64,000 nucleotides of DNA from an uncultured delta proteobacterium (GTDB lineage: Bacteria > Myxococcota_A > UBA9160 > SMWR01): positions 224,001-288,000 of the forward strand of contig CAWHTE010000007.1 in the NCBI GenBank assembly GCA_963832165.1, in the 5' to 3' direction. Below the pieces are notes generated by a model. The model had not been told where the DNA came from. It saw nothing but the letters and a program-made list of their open reading frames with translations, and made no database searches. Below are positions 1-10,250 of the stretch, piece after piece (the first letter of the stretch is position 1; each line of letters begins with the position of its first letter). A program made the position numbers and the translations under genes.

Positions 1-2
1 CC

Positions 3-341
3 GCTCAGCTCGAAGAGTTCCACCAGCGGCACACGGCTCACACGCTCGAGCTCTCCCAGCAGCTCGAGTCGCTCACGGGTCAGGAGTCGAGACTCACGAT
101 CCTGGGCCACCTGCTGCGCGGCGGCACACCCTCGGCCGCCGACCGCGTGCTCGCGACGCGCGTGGGAACAGGGGCCGCGGAGCTCGTGGAGAACAAACGC
201 TACGGAACGATGGCCGCCGTGCGCGGCGACCAGGTCGTAGCCGTTCCGCTCGAGGACGTGGCGGGCAAGAAGAAGCTGGTTCCGAAGGACCACCCCTGGC
301 TCGCCGCGGCGCGGAGCGTGGATACCTGCTTCGGAGATTGA
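3..341 (+). CDS. pfkA: 6-phosphofructokinase, C-terminal part (5' truncated by window)
   Basis: Frame reads [28 protein letters not shown]...[14 protein letters not shown], the conserved PfkA C-terminal motifs. Confidence 0.9.
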   Translation, partial: AQLEEFHQRHTAHTLELSQQLESLTGQESRLTILGHLLRGGTPSAADRVLATRVGTGAAELVENKRYGTMAAVRGDQVVAVPLEDVAGKKKLVPKDHPWLAAARSVDTCFGD

Positions 342-398
342 GGAAAGTCGGGTCGCCGCCCTAGCGCTGAACGGAGTAAGCTGAGCGGCGAGGCCCCG

Positions 399-1689
399 AT
401 GGGAGACGACTCCGCTCCGTCGTACACGTTCCGCGACGCCGGATTGCACTCTCGGCTGCTGCGCGGCGTGAACGCGGTGGGCGCGGGGCTGCGCTGGGTC
501 GGCTTCGACGTGCCGTCGCTCGAGCCGGACTCGATCGCGCGCGCGGCCTGCGATCGCGCGGGCCTCGAAGACTTCGGCGACCCGGGCTGGCGCGAGGGGC
601 TCGAGGTGCTGTGCCTAGCGCTCGAGCTCGAGGGAAACCTCACCACGTTCGGCCGGATCGCGATGCGCGGGCTGATCACGAACGCGCTCGAGGGGCGACT
701 GCGCCTGATCGACTGGGCGGCGCGTCATCCCGAGGTGCGCGACGAGAAGATCGAGCGGCCCTGGGTGGTCGTCGGGCTGCCTCGTACGGGCACCACGTTG
801 CTCTCCCTCCTGCTCGCGCTCGACCCCGAGGTGCGGCCACTCCTGCACTGGGAGTCGACCAGTCCCGTTCCGCCGCCGGATCTCGCCACGCACGCCGAGG
901 ACCCCCGCATCGCTGCGGCTGCGAAGCAGGTGGCGCAGATCGAGGCGTTGAATCCGGCGATTCGCGCGATGCACCCGATGGGTGCCACGATCGCCACCGA
1001 GTGCGTCGGATTCCTGTTCTTCGACCTGCGCTCGCTGCTGATCGAGACCCAGGCCCACCTCCCGAGCTACGGCCGCTGGCTCGAGAAGACAGACATGCAC
1101 GGCGCCTACGCGATGCACCGCCTCGCCCTCCAGGTGCTGCAGTCGCGGATCCCGACGCCCGTGTGGTCGCTCAAGACACCGCAGCATCTCTGGTCGCTCG
1201 ACACGCTGCTCGAGTTCTATCCGGACGCGCGAATCGTCTGGACCCATCGCGACCCGACGAAGGTCGTGACGTCGGTGGCGAGTCTGAACACATCGCTGCA
1301 GCGCCTGAACGTGCGCACGAACGATCCGCTCGCGATCGGAGCCGACTGGAACGACAAGCTTCACCTCGCGGTCACCCGCGGGCATCGAGTTCGACCGGCG
1401 CCAGAACGGCAGGGACTGGTGTCACCACCTCCAGTACGCCGATCTGATGGCCGACCCCGTAGCCGCGGTGCGCGCGCTCTACGCGCATTTCGGAGCGCAG
1501 GTGAGTCCGCTGCACGCGCGGCGCATGGAAGTGTGGGTACGCGACCGACACCAGGAAGTGCACGGCCGCCACGTGTACGATCCCTCCGACTTTGGCCTCT
1601 CCGCCGAGAGCATCGCCGAGCGCTATGCCGAGTACCGGCTGCGCTTCTCGGTTCCCGACGAAGCAAGCCGCACGGGAGGCACGCAATGA
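399..1689 (+). CDS. Sulfotransferase family protein, one frameshift at ~1381
   Basis: PAPS-binding GLPRTGTT, LKTPQHL, WTHRDP motifs. After an extra G at ~1381 the protein continues GIEFDRR...LQYADLMADPVAAVRALY to TGA 1689. Confidence 0.85.
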
Positions 1690-2573
1690 GTTGGGGCGAG
1701 GGCGACATTCCGGATCTCTCCAACCGCGTGGCGGTCGTTACGGGCGCCAACAGCGGGATCGGCTTCGAGACCGCGCGTGCTCTCGCGGCCAAGGGCGCGC
1801 GCGTGATCCTGGGCTGTCGCAGCCGCACCAAGGGCCCGCAGGCGGCCGCGCGGATCCGCGAGGCGACGCCCGGCGCCGACGTGCTGTTCGCCTCGCTCGA
1901 CCTCGCCTCGCAGAAGTCGATTGCGATGTTTGCGAAGGAGGTCAGCTCGGAGGTCGATCGGCTCGACATCCTGTGCAACAACGCGGGCGTGATGATGCCG
2001 CCGCTCGATTACACGAGGGACGGCTTCGAGCTGCAGTTCGGCATCAACCACCTCGGCCACTTCGCGCTCACCGCGCACCTGATGCCGCTCTTGCGCACGA
2101 CGCCGGGCGCTCGCGTCGTGACCGTGAGCAGCCTCATGCACTTCGTCGGATGGATCCACTTCGCCGACCTCAACTCGATGAAGCGCTATAACGCGACGCT
2201 CGCCTACGGGCAGAGCAAGGTCGCCAATCTGCTGTTCGCACGGGAGCTCGCGCGCCGACTCGGCAGCGCGAACCTCGACGTGATCTCCGCAGCCGCCCAT
2301 CCGGGCTCCACGCGCACCGAGCTGCAGCGCCACTCCGAGCTCATGCACGCGGCGGTGCGCGTGTTCGCACAAGACGCGCCGGCCGGCGCGTTGCCGACGC
2401 TCTACGCGGCCACCGCCCCCGACGTGCGTGGCGGCGACTACTTCGGCCCGCGCCTCGGCCTCGTGGGGCCGCCCGCGCGCGCGCTGTCGAGCCCGCTCGC
2501 GCAGAATCGGGACGTCGCGCGCAAGCTCTGGGACGTCTCCGAGCAGCTCACCGGCGTGAAATTCGATCTCTGA
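1686..2573 (+). CDS. Short-chain dehydrogenase/reductase (retinol dehydrogenase/WWOX-like)
   Basis: ATGA overlap with the sulfotransferase stop; TGANSGIG, NNAG, YGQSK and HPG motifs. Confidence 0.92.
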   Translation: MSWGEGDIPDLSNRVAVVTGANSGIGFETARALAAKGARVILGCRSRTKGPQAAARIREATPGADVLFASLDLASQKSIAMFAKEVSSEVDRLDILCNNAGVMMPPLDYTRDGFELQFGINHLGHFALTAHLMPLLRTTPGARVVTVSSLMHFVGWIHFADLNSMKRYNATLAYGQSKVANLLFARELARRLGSANLDVISAAAHPGSTRTELQRHSELMHAAVRVFAQDAPAGALPTLYAATAPDVRGGDYFGPRLGLVGPPARALSSPLAQNRDVARKLWDVSEQLTGVKFDL

Positions 2574-2581
2574 GATCGACC

Positions 2582-3631
2582 CTATCCGCGCATGAATCCG
2601 CGCCCGGAGATCAGCGGCAGATCGGCGTAGGTGCGAATGCCGGGCGGCGCCTCGCACACGGCCGAAATCGCGTTCACGGCCGGTAGCGCCGTGATGATCA
2701 TGCCGAGCTGCATGTAGTCTTCGAAGCTCTTGGCCGCGAAATTCTTCGGCGGGCGGATCTCGAGCTTCGTCCGAACGCACGGCTGGCCCTCGATCTGCAC
2801 GAGATAGCCGTGCTCGAGCGGCCAGTCGGGCTCGATGTGCTGGCCCTTCCGCCAGCGCACCTGGAGATCGATGAGCGTTCGGCCCGCCACGCGGCCCTGC
2901 CAGCTCGCCTCGACACCCGCCACGCAGCCTTCGTCGATCTTCATGTACCCGAGGTCGAGGTCGCGCGTCGCGGCCGCGAAGCCGGCTTCGCACACCACCT
3001 CGTCGAGATCGACTCCGAGCGCGTCGGCCATCATGTGGACGGCGTCCTCGAACACCGCCGTGCCCTTGCGCACCATCTCGGGGAGCTCCGGCTTCGTGAT
3101 CGGATGGCTGAAGCCGATCGGAATCTCCGTCTCGGGCGAGTTGTATCCGGTCGAGTCGACGGACTCGAGCACCGAGATCTTGTCGACCCGGTCGCAGATG
3201 CCCGCCGTGACGAGACCGAGCAGGTTCGCGAATCCCGGGTTCATGCCCGAGCCGAACAGCGTGCTCTTCCCGCGCTGGCAAGCCTGCTCGAGGCGCGCGC
3301 GCGCAGCCGGGCCGAGGCCGTGCCCCGTGATGAACGCCGCCGTCGCCACGACGTTGGTACCCGCCTCGAGGATCCGCACCAGCTCGTCGACGTTCGGCCA
3401 CATCGGCGTGTAGCTCACGCAATCGGGCCGCAGCTCCAGCAGCGCATCGACGTCGTTCGTGGCCGCCACGCCGAGCTTCTCGATTCCCGCGAGCTCGCCC
3501 GCATCGCGCCCCACCTTGTCGGCGCTCCACGCATAGCATCCGACGAGCTCGAGCCCGGGGTTGGCCGCGATCGCGCGCAGCGCGCGCCGTCCCACGTTGC
3601 CGGTAGTCCACTGCACGACGCGAATGGGCAT
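2582..3631 (-). CDS. Dihydrodipicolinate reductase-like / NAD(P)H-dependent amine dehydrogenase family protein
   Basis: MPIRVVQWTTGNVG Rossmann start, GSGMNPGF, C-terminal AVNAISAVCEAPPGIRTYADLP. Confidence 0.8.
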   Translation of the reverse strand: MPIRVVQWTTGNVGRRALRAIAANPGLELVGCYAWSADKVGRDAGELAGIEKLGVAATNDVDALLELRPDCVSYTPMWPNVDELVRILEAGTNVVATAAFITGHGLGPAARARLEQACQRGKSTLFGSGMNPGFANLLGLVTAGICDRVDKISVLESVDSTGYNSPETEIPIGFSHPITKPELPEMVRKGTAVFEDAVHMMADALGVDLDEVVCEAGFAAATRDLDLGYMKIDEGCVAGVEASWQGRVAGRTLIDLQVRWRKGQHIEPDWPLEHGYLVQIEGQPCVRTKLEIRPPKNFAAKSFEDYMQLGMIITALPAVNAISAVCEAPPGIRTYADLPLISGRGFMRG

Positions 3632-3707
3632 GGAGTCCTCACTTGGGCAAGCGCGTGTCTGTATAGTCCTCGCCGTCGCTCGACGCCACGTTGGAGAGGA
3701 ACACACC

Positions 3708-4880
3708 ATGCCCGATGCGACGCCGTGGGTGGAGCGCGCCGCTGCGCTCGCAGCGCTGATCCGGAGCCACGCCGACGAGAGCGAACGCGAGCGGCGACTC
3801 GCCGCGCCGGTCGTCGAGGCGTTCCACGACGCTGCGCTGTTCCGGCTGCAGATCCCCGAGCGTTTCGGGGGCGCCGGACTCGATCCGGTAGAGGCGCTGC
3901 CCGTGTACGAAGAGGTGGCGGCAGCCGACGGATCGGCGGGCTGGAACCTCGCCATCGGCGCCGGCGGCGGATCGTTCGCCGCGATGCTCGACGACCCGGA
4001 CGCGCTCGAGGAGATCATCGGCGCACCGCGCGCGCTGATCGCGGGTTCGGTGAATCCGATGGCGCTCCGGGTCACGCCCGAGCGCGAAGGCTATCGCGTG
4101 TCGGGGCGACTGCGTTATGCGAGCGGCGTGTCGCAGAGCAACTGGCTGATGGCCGGCGGCCTCGTGTTCGATGGAGACGAACCGCGGCCGCGCATGACCA
4201 GCCAGGGCGCGCCCGTGATCGTGGGCACGTTCTTCCCGACGCGCGAGGCGCGCGTACTCGATACGTGGCGCACGAACGGCCTCGCCGGCACGGGCAGCCA
4301 CGACGTCGAGGTGAGCGACGTCTACGTGCCCGCCGCGCGCTGCTTCGAGTTCTTCAGCACGAAGCCGCGTCCCTACGATCCGCTCGCGTCGCTCCCGCTG
4401 TTCTCGCGTCTCGGCGCCTCGATCGCGGGCGTCGGGATCGGCATCGCGCGGCGCGCGATCGAAGAGCTCGTGAAGCTCGCGAGCGAGAAGGTGCCGATCG
4501 CGAGCCCAGGCATGCTGCGCGACCGCGCGAGCGCCCAGATCGACGTCGCGCGCGCGCGCGGGCTCGTCGACGCGGCGCGCGCCCACGTCACGAGCGCGGG
4601 CCGGGACGTATTCGCGCGCGTGAAGGCGGGCGCGGCGCCGACCGTGGACGACCAGGTGCGCCTGCGCCTCGCCTATGTCACGGCCGCGGAGGGCTTCGCG
4701 CGCGCGGTCGACCTCGCGCGCAACGCCGCCGGCATGAACGCGATCGCGCTCGGCAACCCGCTCGAGCGCTGCTGGCGCGATGCGCACGCGGTGACACAGC
4801 ACGTCGCGATCGCGCCGTCGCATTTCGAGCGCCTCGGTCGCATCACGTTCGGACTCGAACCGGGACCGGGGCCGATCTGA
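3708..4880 (+). CDS. Acyl-CoA dehydrogenase-fold flavin-dependent monooxygenase (HsaA/HpaH-like)
   Basis: DGSAGW, GLAGTGSHDV, LERCWRDAHAVTQH motifs; GGAGAGGA RBS upstream. Confidence 0.82.
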   Translation: MPDATPWVERAAALAALIRSHADESERERRLAAPVVEAFHDAALFRLQIPERFGGAGLDPVEALPVYEEVAAADGSAGWNLAIGAGGGSFAAMLDDPDALEEIIGAPRALIAGSVNPMALRVTPEREGYRVSGRLRYASGVSQSNWLMAGGLVFDGDEPRPRMTSQGAPVIVGTFFPTREARVLDTWRTNGLAGTGSHDVEVSDVYVPAARCFEFFSTKPRPYDPLASLPLFSRLGASIAGVGIGIARRAIEELVKLASEKVPIASPGMLRDRASAQIDVARARGLVDAARAHVTSAGRDVFARVKAGAAPTVDDQVRLRLAYVTAAEGFARAVDLARNAAGMNAIALGNPLERCWRDAHAVTQHVAIAPSHFERLGRITFGLEPGPGPI

Positions 4881-6094
4881 GCGAACCCGCGCGCTTCTCG
4901 ACTTCGTTCTGGGTCTACCTCACGAGCCGCTTTTGCGCGGCCACGGCGCTCACGCTGCTGCGCACCACGGTGTACTACCACGTCTTCGCGCTCACGGATT
5001 CCGAAGCCGCACTCGGCGCGATCGGACTCGTCCAGTTCCTTCCCGTGATCGCACTCACGCTCGTGGGCGGCGCGGTGGCGGACGCCTACGACCGGCTCCG
5101 GATCATGCGGCTCGCGCAGATCCCGTATCTCGCAGGCGCAGCGCTGCTCTACGCGGCGACCGCGAACGGCGCGATCTCGGTGCCGCTGCTCTACGCGGCG
5201 GTGTTCACCAACGCCATCACGTTCGCGTTCGAGAGCCCCGCGCGCCAGGCGTTCCTTCCCAGTCTCGTCTCGGTCGCCAGCTTCCCGCGTGCGGTCACCT
5301 ACTCATCGACAGCGATGGCGCTCGCGTTCGCGAGCGGCCCGGCTCTCGCGGGCGTGCTGATCGCGGCCTCCGGCGTCGAGGCGGCCTACGCCGGGTTCGG
5401 TGCGCTCGTGGCTGGGAACCTGATCGGGCTCGTCTTCGTGAAGCCGATCCGCGAGGTCGGCGAGCGCACCCCGCCGAGCCTGAGCGCCGTGCGCGAAGGG
5501 CTCGCCTATGTGCGCAGGAGCCCGATCGTGCTCGGCTGCATGGCGCTCGACATGTTCGCGGTGATCTTCGCCGGCGCGACGGCGCTCCTGCCCGTGTTCG
5601 CGAGCGAGATCCTCGCGGTCGGGCCACGCGGCTACGGTCTGCTCTCCTCCGCGCTCGAGATCGGGGCGCTCGCGATGGCTCTCCTGTTGGTGATCCGCCC
5701 GCCGATCCATCGCGCGGGTCCGGTCCTGTTGATCGCAGTCGCCGTCTACGGGGTCGCGACGCTCGGCTTCGGCCTGTCGCGCTCGTTCCCGCTCTCGGTG
5801 GCACTCTACATGCTCGCGGGTGCGGCGGATCAGGTGAGCGTGGTGCTGCGCGCCACCGTCGTGCAGCTCACCACGCCCGACGCGCTGCGCGGGCGGGTGT
5901 CGGCCGTCAACATGATCTTCATCAACGCATCCAACCAGCTCGGTGCGGTCGAGTCGGGCTTCCTCGCCGCGGCGACCAGTGCCACGTTCGCGGTCGTATT
6001 CGGCGGCGTCGCGTGCCTGTTCGTCGTAGCGTTTACCGCCTGGGCACTGCCCGAACTGCGCCGCTACCGGATCGGCGCGGGCGCTCCCGGCTAG
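4877..6094 (+). CDS. MFS transporter (EntS/DHA3-like)
   Basis: About 12 hydrophobic segments; GGAVADAYDRLR, FESPARQAFLP, TPDALRGRVSA motifs. Start inferred at CTG overlapping the upstream TGA. Confidence 0.85.
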   Translation: MSEPARFSTSFWVYLTSRFCAATALTLLRTTVYYHVFALTDSEAALGAIGLVQFLPVIALTLVGGAVADAYDRLRIMRLAQIPYLAGAALLYAATANGAISVPLLYAAVFTNAITFAFESPARQAFLPSLVSVASFPRAVTYSSTAMALAFASGPALAGVLIAASGVEAAYAGFGALVAGNLIGLVFVKPIREVGERTPPSLSAVREGLAYVRRSPIVLGCMALDMFAVIFAGATALLPVFASEILAVGPRGYGLLSSALEIGALAMALLLVIRPPIHRAGPVLLIAVAVYGVATLGFGLSRSFPLSVALYMLAGAADQVSVVLRATVVQLTTPDALRGRVSAVNMIFINASNQLGAVESGFLAAATSATFAVVFGGVACLFVVAFTAWALPELRRYRIGAGAPG

Positions 6095-6103
6095 GAAGCA
6101 CTC

Positions 6104-6955
6104 ATGGAACGCGATCGCAGCAGCAACACCGCGGAGTACGTGGCGGCGATGCGCGCAGACCACCGCCTGAACGATCCCGCGCCCGTGCTCGACGACGCGT
6201 GGGCCCTGCAACTGGTCGCGCCGGAGCTGCGCGCGGCGGTCGAGTCGGGTCGCTACCGCGCGTTCCTCGAGCGCACGGGTTTGCGCCCGAGCCAGGGACA
6301 CATCGTGCTGCGCGCGCGCTATGCGGACGACGCGCTCGCGGCTGCGGTCGCGCGCGGTGTGCGCCAGCTCGTGGTGCTCGCGGCCGGGCTCGACTCGTCG
6401 TGCCTGCGCCGCGACCCGCGCGTGAGCGTGATCGAGGTCGACCACCCGGCGAGTCAACGCGCGAAGCGCGAGCGGCTCACGGCGCTCGGCGCTCCGCTCG
6501 ACGGAGTCGAGTTCGCCGCGGTCGACTTCGAGCGCGAGTCGCTCGGAGAAGCACTCGCACGCAGCTCGCTCGATCCCACCCGGCCCGCGTTCGTCACCTG
6601 GATCGGCGTGACGATGTACCTGCCCGTCGCGATCGGTCTCGACACGCTCGCGCAGATCCGCGCGAGCGTCGCCCCCGGCAGCGAGCTGGTGTTCGACTAT
6701 CCGATCCCGCTCGAGCAGCTCGCTCCGGAAGTGCTCTTGATCGCGCAGACCAAGAACGCCGGCCTCGCGCGCGAGGGAGAGCCCCGCGTCTCCACCTACG
6801 ACCCTCCCGTCCTCGCGCGCGCGCTCGCCGAGCGCGGTTTCGCGCCGATCGAGGACGTGGGCCCCGCCGAGCTCGAAACGCGCTACTGCGCGGGGCGCAG
6901 CGACGGACTCGGAGGGAACCCCGAGCATCGCATCGTGCACGCATGCGCGGTCTAG
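6104..6955 (+). CDS. SAM-dependent methyltransferase (leucine carboxyl methyltransferase-like)
   Basis: RARYADD, QLVVLAAGLDS, EVDHPASQ, WIGVTMYL motifs. Confidence 0.88.
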   Translation: MERDRSSNTAEYVAAMRADHRLNDPAPVLDDAWALQLVAPELRAAVESGRYRAFLERTGLRPSQGHIVLRARYADDALAAAVARGVRQLVVLAAGLDSSCLRRDPRVSVIEVDHPASQRAKRERLTALGAPLDGVEFAAVDFERESLGEALARSSLDPTRPAFVTWIGVTMYLPVAIGLDTLAQIRASVAPGSELVFDYPIPLEQLAPEVLLIAQTKNAGLAREGEPRVSTYDPPVLARALAERGFAPIEDVGPAELETRYCAGRSDGLGGNPEHRIVHACAV

Positions 6956-7051
6956 AGGATGGGGCGCGCCGGCAGGTTGTAGAAATTTCACCCGCGCCGT
7001 GCGCGGATTCCCATCCTTGCAAGCAGCGCGGCCTCGAGCGGACCGGGCGCA

Positions 7052-7066
7052 TGGCACACGGATTGC
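7052..7066 (+). promoter_or_regulatory. Putative sigma54 (RpoN) -24/-12 promoter
   Basis: TGGCAC-ACGGA-TTGC, exact match to TGGCAC-N5-TTGC, upstream of the 7.1-10.2 kb operon. An AT-rich palindrome GAAATTTC at 6982-6989 is a possible activator site. Confidence 0.75.
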
Positions 7067-7103
7067 GTTCGCGAGGGGCATGGCACACGCAGCTCTTCGT
7101 TCG

Positions 7104-8048
7104 ATGCGATTCTGGATGCGCGGCGCCGCCACGGGTCTCGCGATCGCGTGTACGGCGTGCCTGCCGTTCTCGCGCGGGTCGCAACCGTCGGCCGATCCGC
7201 CGCGCGATCAGCTCGTCGAGTCGGACCCCGACATCCCCTCGCGCGATCTCTTCTTCGGCCCGGGCGGGCGCTCGAACGCGCCGCGCACGGACACGCCCTT
7301 CCGGTTCATCGAGCGCGACGAGAGCGGCGTGAGCACGAATTTCGAAGTCGTCGACGCGAAGGGACGCAAGTGGGACGCGAAGCTCGGCCCGGAAGCCAAG
7401 CCCGAAGTCGCCGCTTCGCGCCTGCTCTGGGCGATCGGCTTCCATCAGCCCCCCGTCTACTACGTGCACGACTGGCGGATCGAGAACGGACCCGAAGCGG
7501 GTGAGCAGCAGGAGGCGCGCTTCCGGCTCGAGCGCAAGGAGTGGAAGAAGGACGGCGAGTGGGATTGGCAGGACAACCCGTTCGTCGGCACGCGCGAGCT
7601 GCGCGGCCTCGTCGTGATGATGGCGATGCTCAACTCGTGGGATCTGAAGACGTCGAACAACAAGATCTACGCGACTCCCGGAGCGAATCCGCCGCGGCGC
7701 TACGTCGTGAAGGATCTCGGAGATTCGTTCGGTGGCTCCGCGCGGGTCTTCGTGGGCACACAGAGCGACGTCCACGACTTTTCGCGGGAGGGCTTCATTC
7801 GCGGGGTCGAGAACGACCGCGTCGACCTGGTGTTCAGGCCGGTCATGCTCAACTGGGGCGTCGATGACGACATCTCCGTCGACGACGTGCTGTGGACCTG
7901 CCGCCGCCTCGCACAGCTCTCCGATCGGCAGTGGCGCGATGCGTTCCGCGCCGCTGGCTACAGCGATGCGGAAGGCGCGGCATTCACGGATCGCATGAAA
8001 GCCAAGGTGCGCGAGGGCCTCGCGCTCGCGCAGTCCGAGCGGACTTGA
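7104..8048 (+). CDS. Putative lipoprotein with atypical protein/lipid kinase-like motifs
   Basis: Lipobox-like LAIAC/ACTAC; WDAK(LG)...E, WDLKTSNN (DxKxxN-like loop) and VKDLG (DxG). Start may be 7080, 7104 or 7116. Confidence 0.6.
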   Translation: MRFWMRGAATGLAIACTACLPFSRGSQPSADPPRDQLVESDPDIPSRDLFFGPGGRSNAPRTDTPFRFIERDESGVSTNFEVVDAKGRKWDAKLGPEAKPEVAASRLLWAIGFHQPPVYYVHDWRIENGPEAGEQQEARFRLERKEWKKDGEWDWQDNPFVGTRELRGLVVMMAMLNSWDLKTSNNKIYATPGANPPRRYVVKDLGDSFGGSARVFVGTQSDVHDFSREGFIRGVENDRVDLVFRPVMLNWGVDDDISVDDVLWTCRRLAQLSDRQWRDAFRAAGYSDAEGAAFTDRMKAKVREGLALAQSERT

Positions 8049-8827
8049 GCCGCGGAATCGCAGTGTCCCGCGCAATCCTGTTGCTGCTCTGGGTTGTCAT
8101 CGCTGCCTCGAGCGCCGTCGCCCAGACCCAGGAGCTCGTGCACCCGGTCGAGCCGGTGCCCGCGGAGCTCGCGCACCCGGCCGATCCGGTGCCCGACCTG
8201 ATCGGACAGCTGCCCGGTCTCGTCGAAGCGTCGTTCAGGCTGCCGCTCGCCGCGCTGCTCGGGGCCGTTCTCGCGTTCCGGCCGCGCCGCTCGGGCACGC
8301 CCGAGCGCAAGGCCGTCGTGATCCAGACACAGATCCTGCTCGCGATCGTCGGAGCGATCGTGATGCTCGTGGTCGGCCAGAGCCTCGCGCGCGCGTTCGG
8401 CATCGTCGGCGTGGCGAGCCTCGTGCGCTACCGCGCGAAGATCAGCGACCCAAAGGACGCCGGCGTGATGCTCGCGTGCCTCGGGATCGGTCTCGCCTGC
8501 GGCGTCGGCGTGTACCTGATCGCGATCTTCGCGACGGCGTTCCTGCTCGCGTTCCTTTGGTGGGTGGAGTCGCTCGAGCCGCGGCCCGTCCAGCGCTTCC
8601 TGCTCGGGATCAAGTCGCCGAAGCCCGAAACACTGCGGCCCGGCGTCGAGTTCCTGCTGCGGGAGCACCGCGCGACCTTCGAACTGCGCTCGCTGTCGGA
8701 AGAAGAGGTCTCCTACGAAGTGGCGATGCCACTCGACCAGAGCACGGACACGCTGTCGAGCGCCATCGCCGCGCTCAACGGCGGCCAGACGACCGCGGTC
8801 GAGTGGGAGGAGAGGAAAGAAAAGTGA
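8045..8827 (+). CDS. DUF4956 / MgtC-like membrane protein
   Basis: SLARAFGIVGVASLVRYRAKISDPKDA and GIGLACGVG signature. TTGA overlap with the upstream stop; alternative GTG start at 8063. Confidence 0.82.
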   Translation: MSRGIAVSRAILLLLWVVIAASSAVAQTQELVHPVEPVPAELAHPADPVPDLIGQLPGLVEASFRLPLAALLGAVLAFRPRRSGTPERKAVVIQTQILLAIVGAIVMLVVGQSLARAFGIVGVASLVRYRAKISDPKDAGVMLACLGIGLACGVGVYLIAIFATAFLLAFLWWVESLEPRPVQRFLLGIKSPKPETLRPGVEFLLREHRATFELRSLSEEEVSYEVAMPLDQSTDTLSSAIAALNGGQTTAVEWEERKEK

Positions 8828-10209
8828 CCGATCCGATCCGAGGGAGCGCTTCGATGTGGGTGTATGCAGCGGCTCTGTGCATCTCGATCGCGTTGGCGGT
8901 TCCCGCGCGCGCCGAAGAGGAGCAGACAGGTGGCGCCGACGAAAACCTGAGGTGGATCGATCCGTTTGATCAGAGCCGCGACTATCGCTCGATTCGCGCG
9001 GGCGAGGGGTTCCGCACGAACCTGTTCGGCTTCGACGTCGCCGAGGAGCCGCGCGATCGCCGCTCGACGTCCGCGATCGATCTGGGTACCGCGGCATATT
9101 TCAACGGCCCCGACGAAGGGCAGAACATTCCGTTCGCGTCGCTCTACTTCTGGCGTCGACCGGACGAGCGGCGGTTCCTGCGCGCCACCGTCGGAGGTCT
9201 CGTCAACGACGTCGTCGCGGCGCGTTCGTTCGGCGACAGCCCGTTCGAAGCCGTGTTCACGTTCGAGAACAGTGCGGTTTGGTTCGACGACAACGCCCAG
9301 TGGGTCGATGGCGAGCGCGACGAGAACCAGGAGCTGCGCAAGATGTCTGTGCGCGGCGGCGCGGGCGTGGGCTATCGGCGCCAGCTCGTCCCCGGCTGGT
9401 CTCCGCTCGTGTTCGCCGACGGCGTTCACCCCCAGCGGCCGGACAACATGTTCTCGATCTACCTGCTGGCCGAGCCCAGGTATCTCTATTTCCACGAGCG
9501 AAACTCTGCCGACAACTTCGTGCTGCCGCAGGACACCTTCGAGCTCGCGGGGCGCCTCGCGATGCGGTGGGATTCGCTCGAGCGCAACTTGATGGACCTC
9601 GCGCACCGCGGCTTCGCGGTGGGCTTCGACGGGATCTACGGCTGGCGATCGAACTGGGAGGATTGGGGGCTCGACCGCGCGCACCGAGCGAGCGAGGGCC
9701 GCGAGCCGAAGCTGATCCAGGCCTTCGCCGTCGCCGCCATGGGCATCCCGGGTCTCAACGAGCGCCACCGCCTGGTCTCGCTCGTGCACGGAGGACGGGG
9801 TTGGGGTCTCGACCGATTCTCGCAGCCTCGCGTAGGCGGCGGACCGAGGGGCAACGAGTACATGTCGCTCGCGCGCCCGATCCTCCCGGGCTCGGCGATC
9901 AACGAGTTCACGCCGGATAAGCACTACGCGATCGCGCTCGCGGAGTACCGCTATGAGCTGATGTTCTTCGCCTACCTCTCGGCGTACGGCGGCGTCGGGT
10001 ATCTCGACCGCGAGCGCCTGGGTCCAGCGCGGTTCTCGGAACCGGTCCGCAGCCAGGACGACCTGCTCTATCCGGTCGGCGCCCGCCTCACGACCGCCTT
10101 CCTGTTCCGCTCGCAGATCCAGATCGAGTACAACTACAACTTCGACGCGATCCGCGATGGCCACCGCGGCGGCGGCGAGCTGCTGGTGCACGTCTCGAAA
10201 TCGTTCTGA
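8824..10209 (+). CDS. Putative outer-membrane beta-barrel protein
   Basis: Signal peptide (ALAVPARA), aromatic-rich amphipathic strands, C-terminal beta-signal LLVHVSKSF; GTGA overlap with the DUF4956 gene. Confidence 0.6.
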   Translation: MTDPIRGSASMWVYAAALCISIALAVPARAEEEQTGGADENLRWIDPFDQSRDYRSIRAGEGFRTNLFGFDVAEEPRDRRSTSAIDLGTAAYFNGPDEGQNIPFASLYFWRRPDERRFLRATVGGLVNDVVAARSFGDSPFEAVFTFENSAVWFDDNAQWVDGERDENQELRKMSVRGGAGVGYRRQLVPGWSPLVFADGVHPQRPDNMFSIYLLAEPRYLYFHERNSADNFVLPQDTFELAGRLAMRWDSLERNLMDLAHRGFAVGFDGIYGWRSNWEDWGLDRAHRASEGREPKLIQAFAVAAMGIPGLNERHRLVSLVHGGRGWGLDRFSQPRVGGGPRGNEYMSLARPILPGSAINEFTPDKHYAIALAEYRYELMFFAYLSAYGGVGYLDRERLGPARFSEPVRSQDDLLYPVGARLTTAFLFRSQIQIEYNYNFDAIRDGHRGGGELLVHVSKSF

Positions 10210-10250
10210 GCGGCGCGCGCCGCGCACTCCTGGCTAGCATGTGCGGCGCG

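Noticed and set aside
399..2573. 724-aa sulfotransferase-SDR fusion in the ORF track
   Set aside because: Artefact of a 1 bp insertion at ~1381. The real sulfotransferase tail ends at 1689 and the SDR has its own GGAGG RBS and ATG at 1686.
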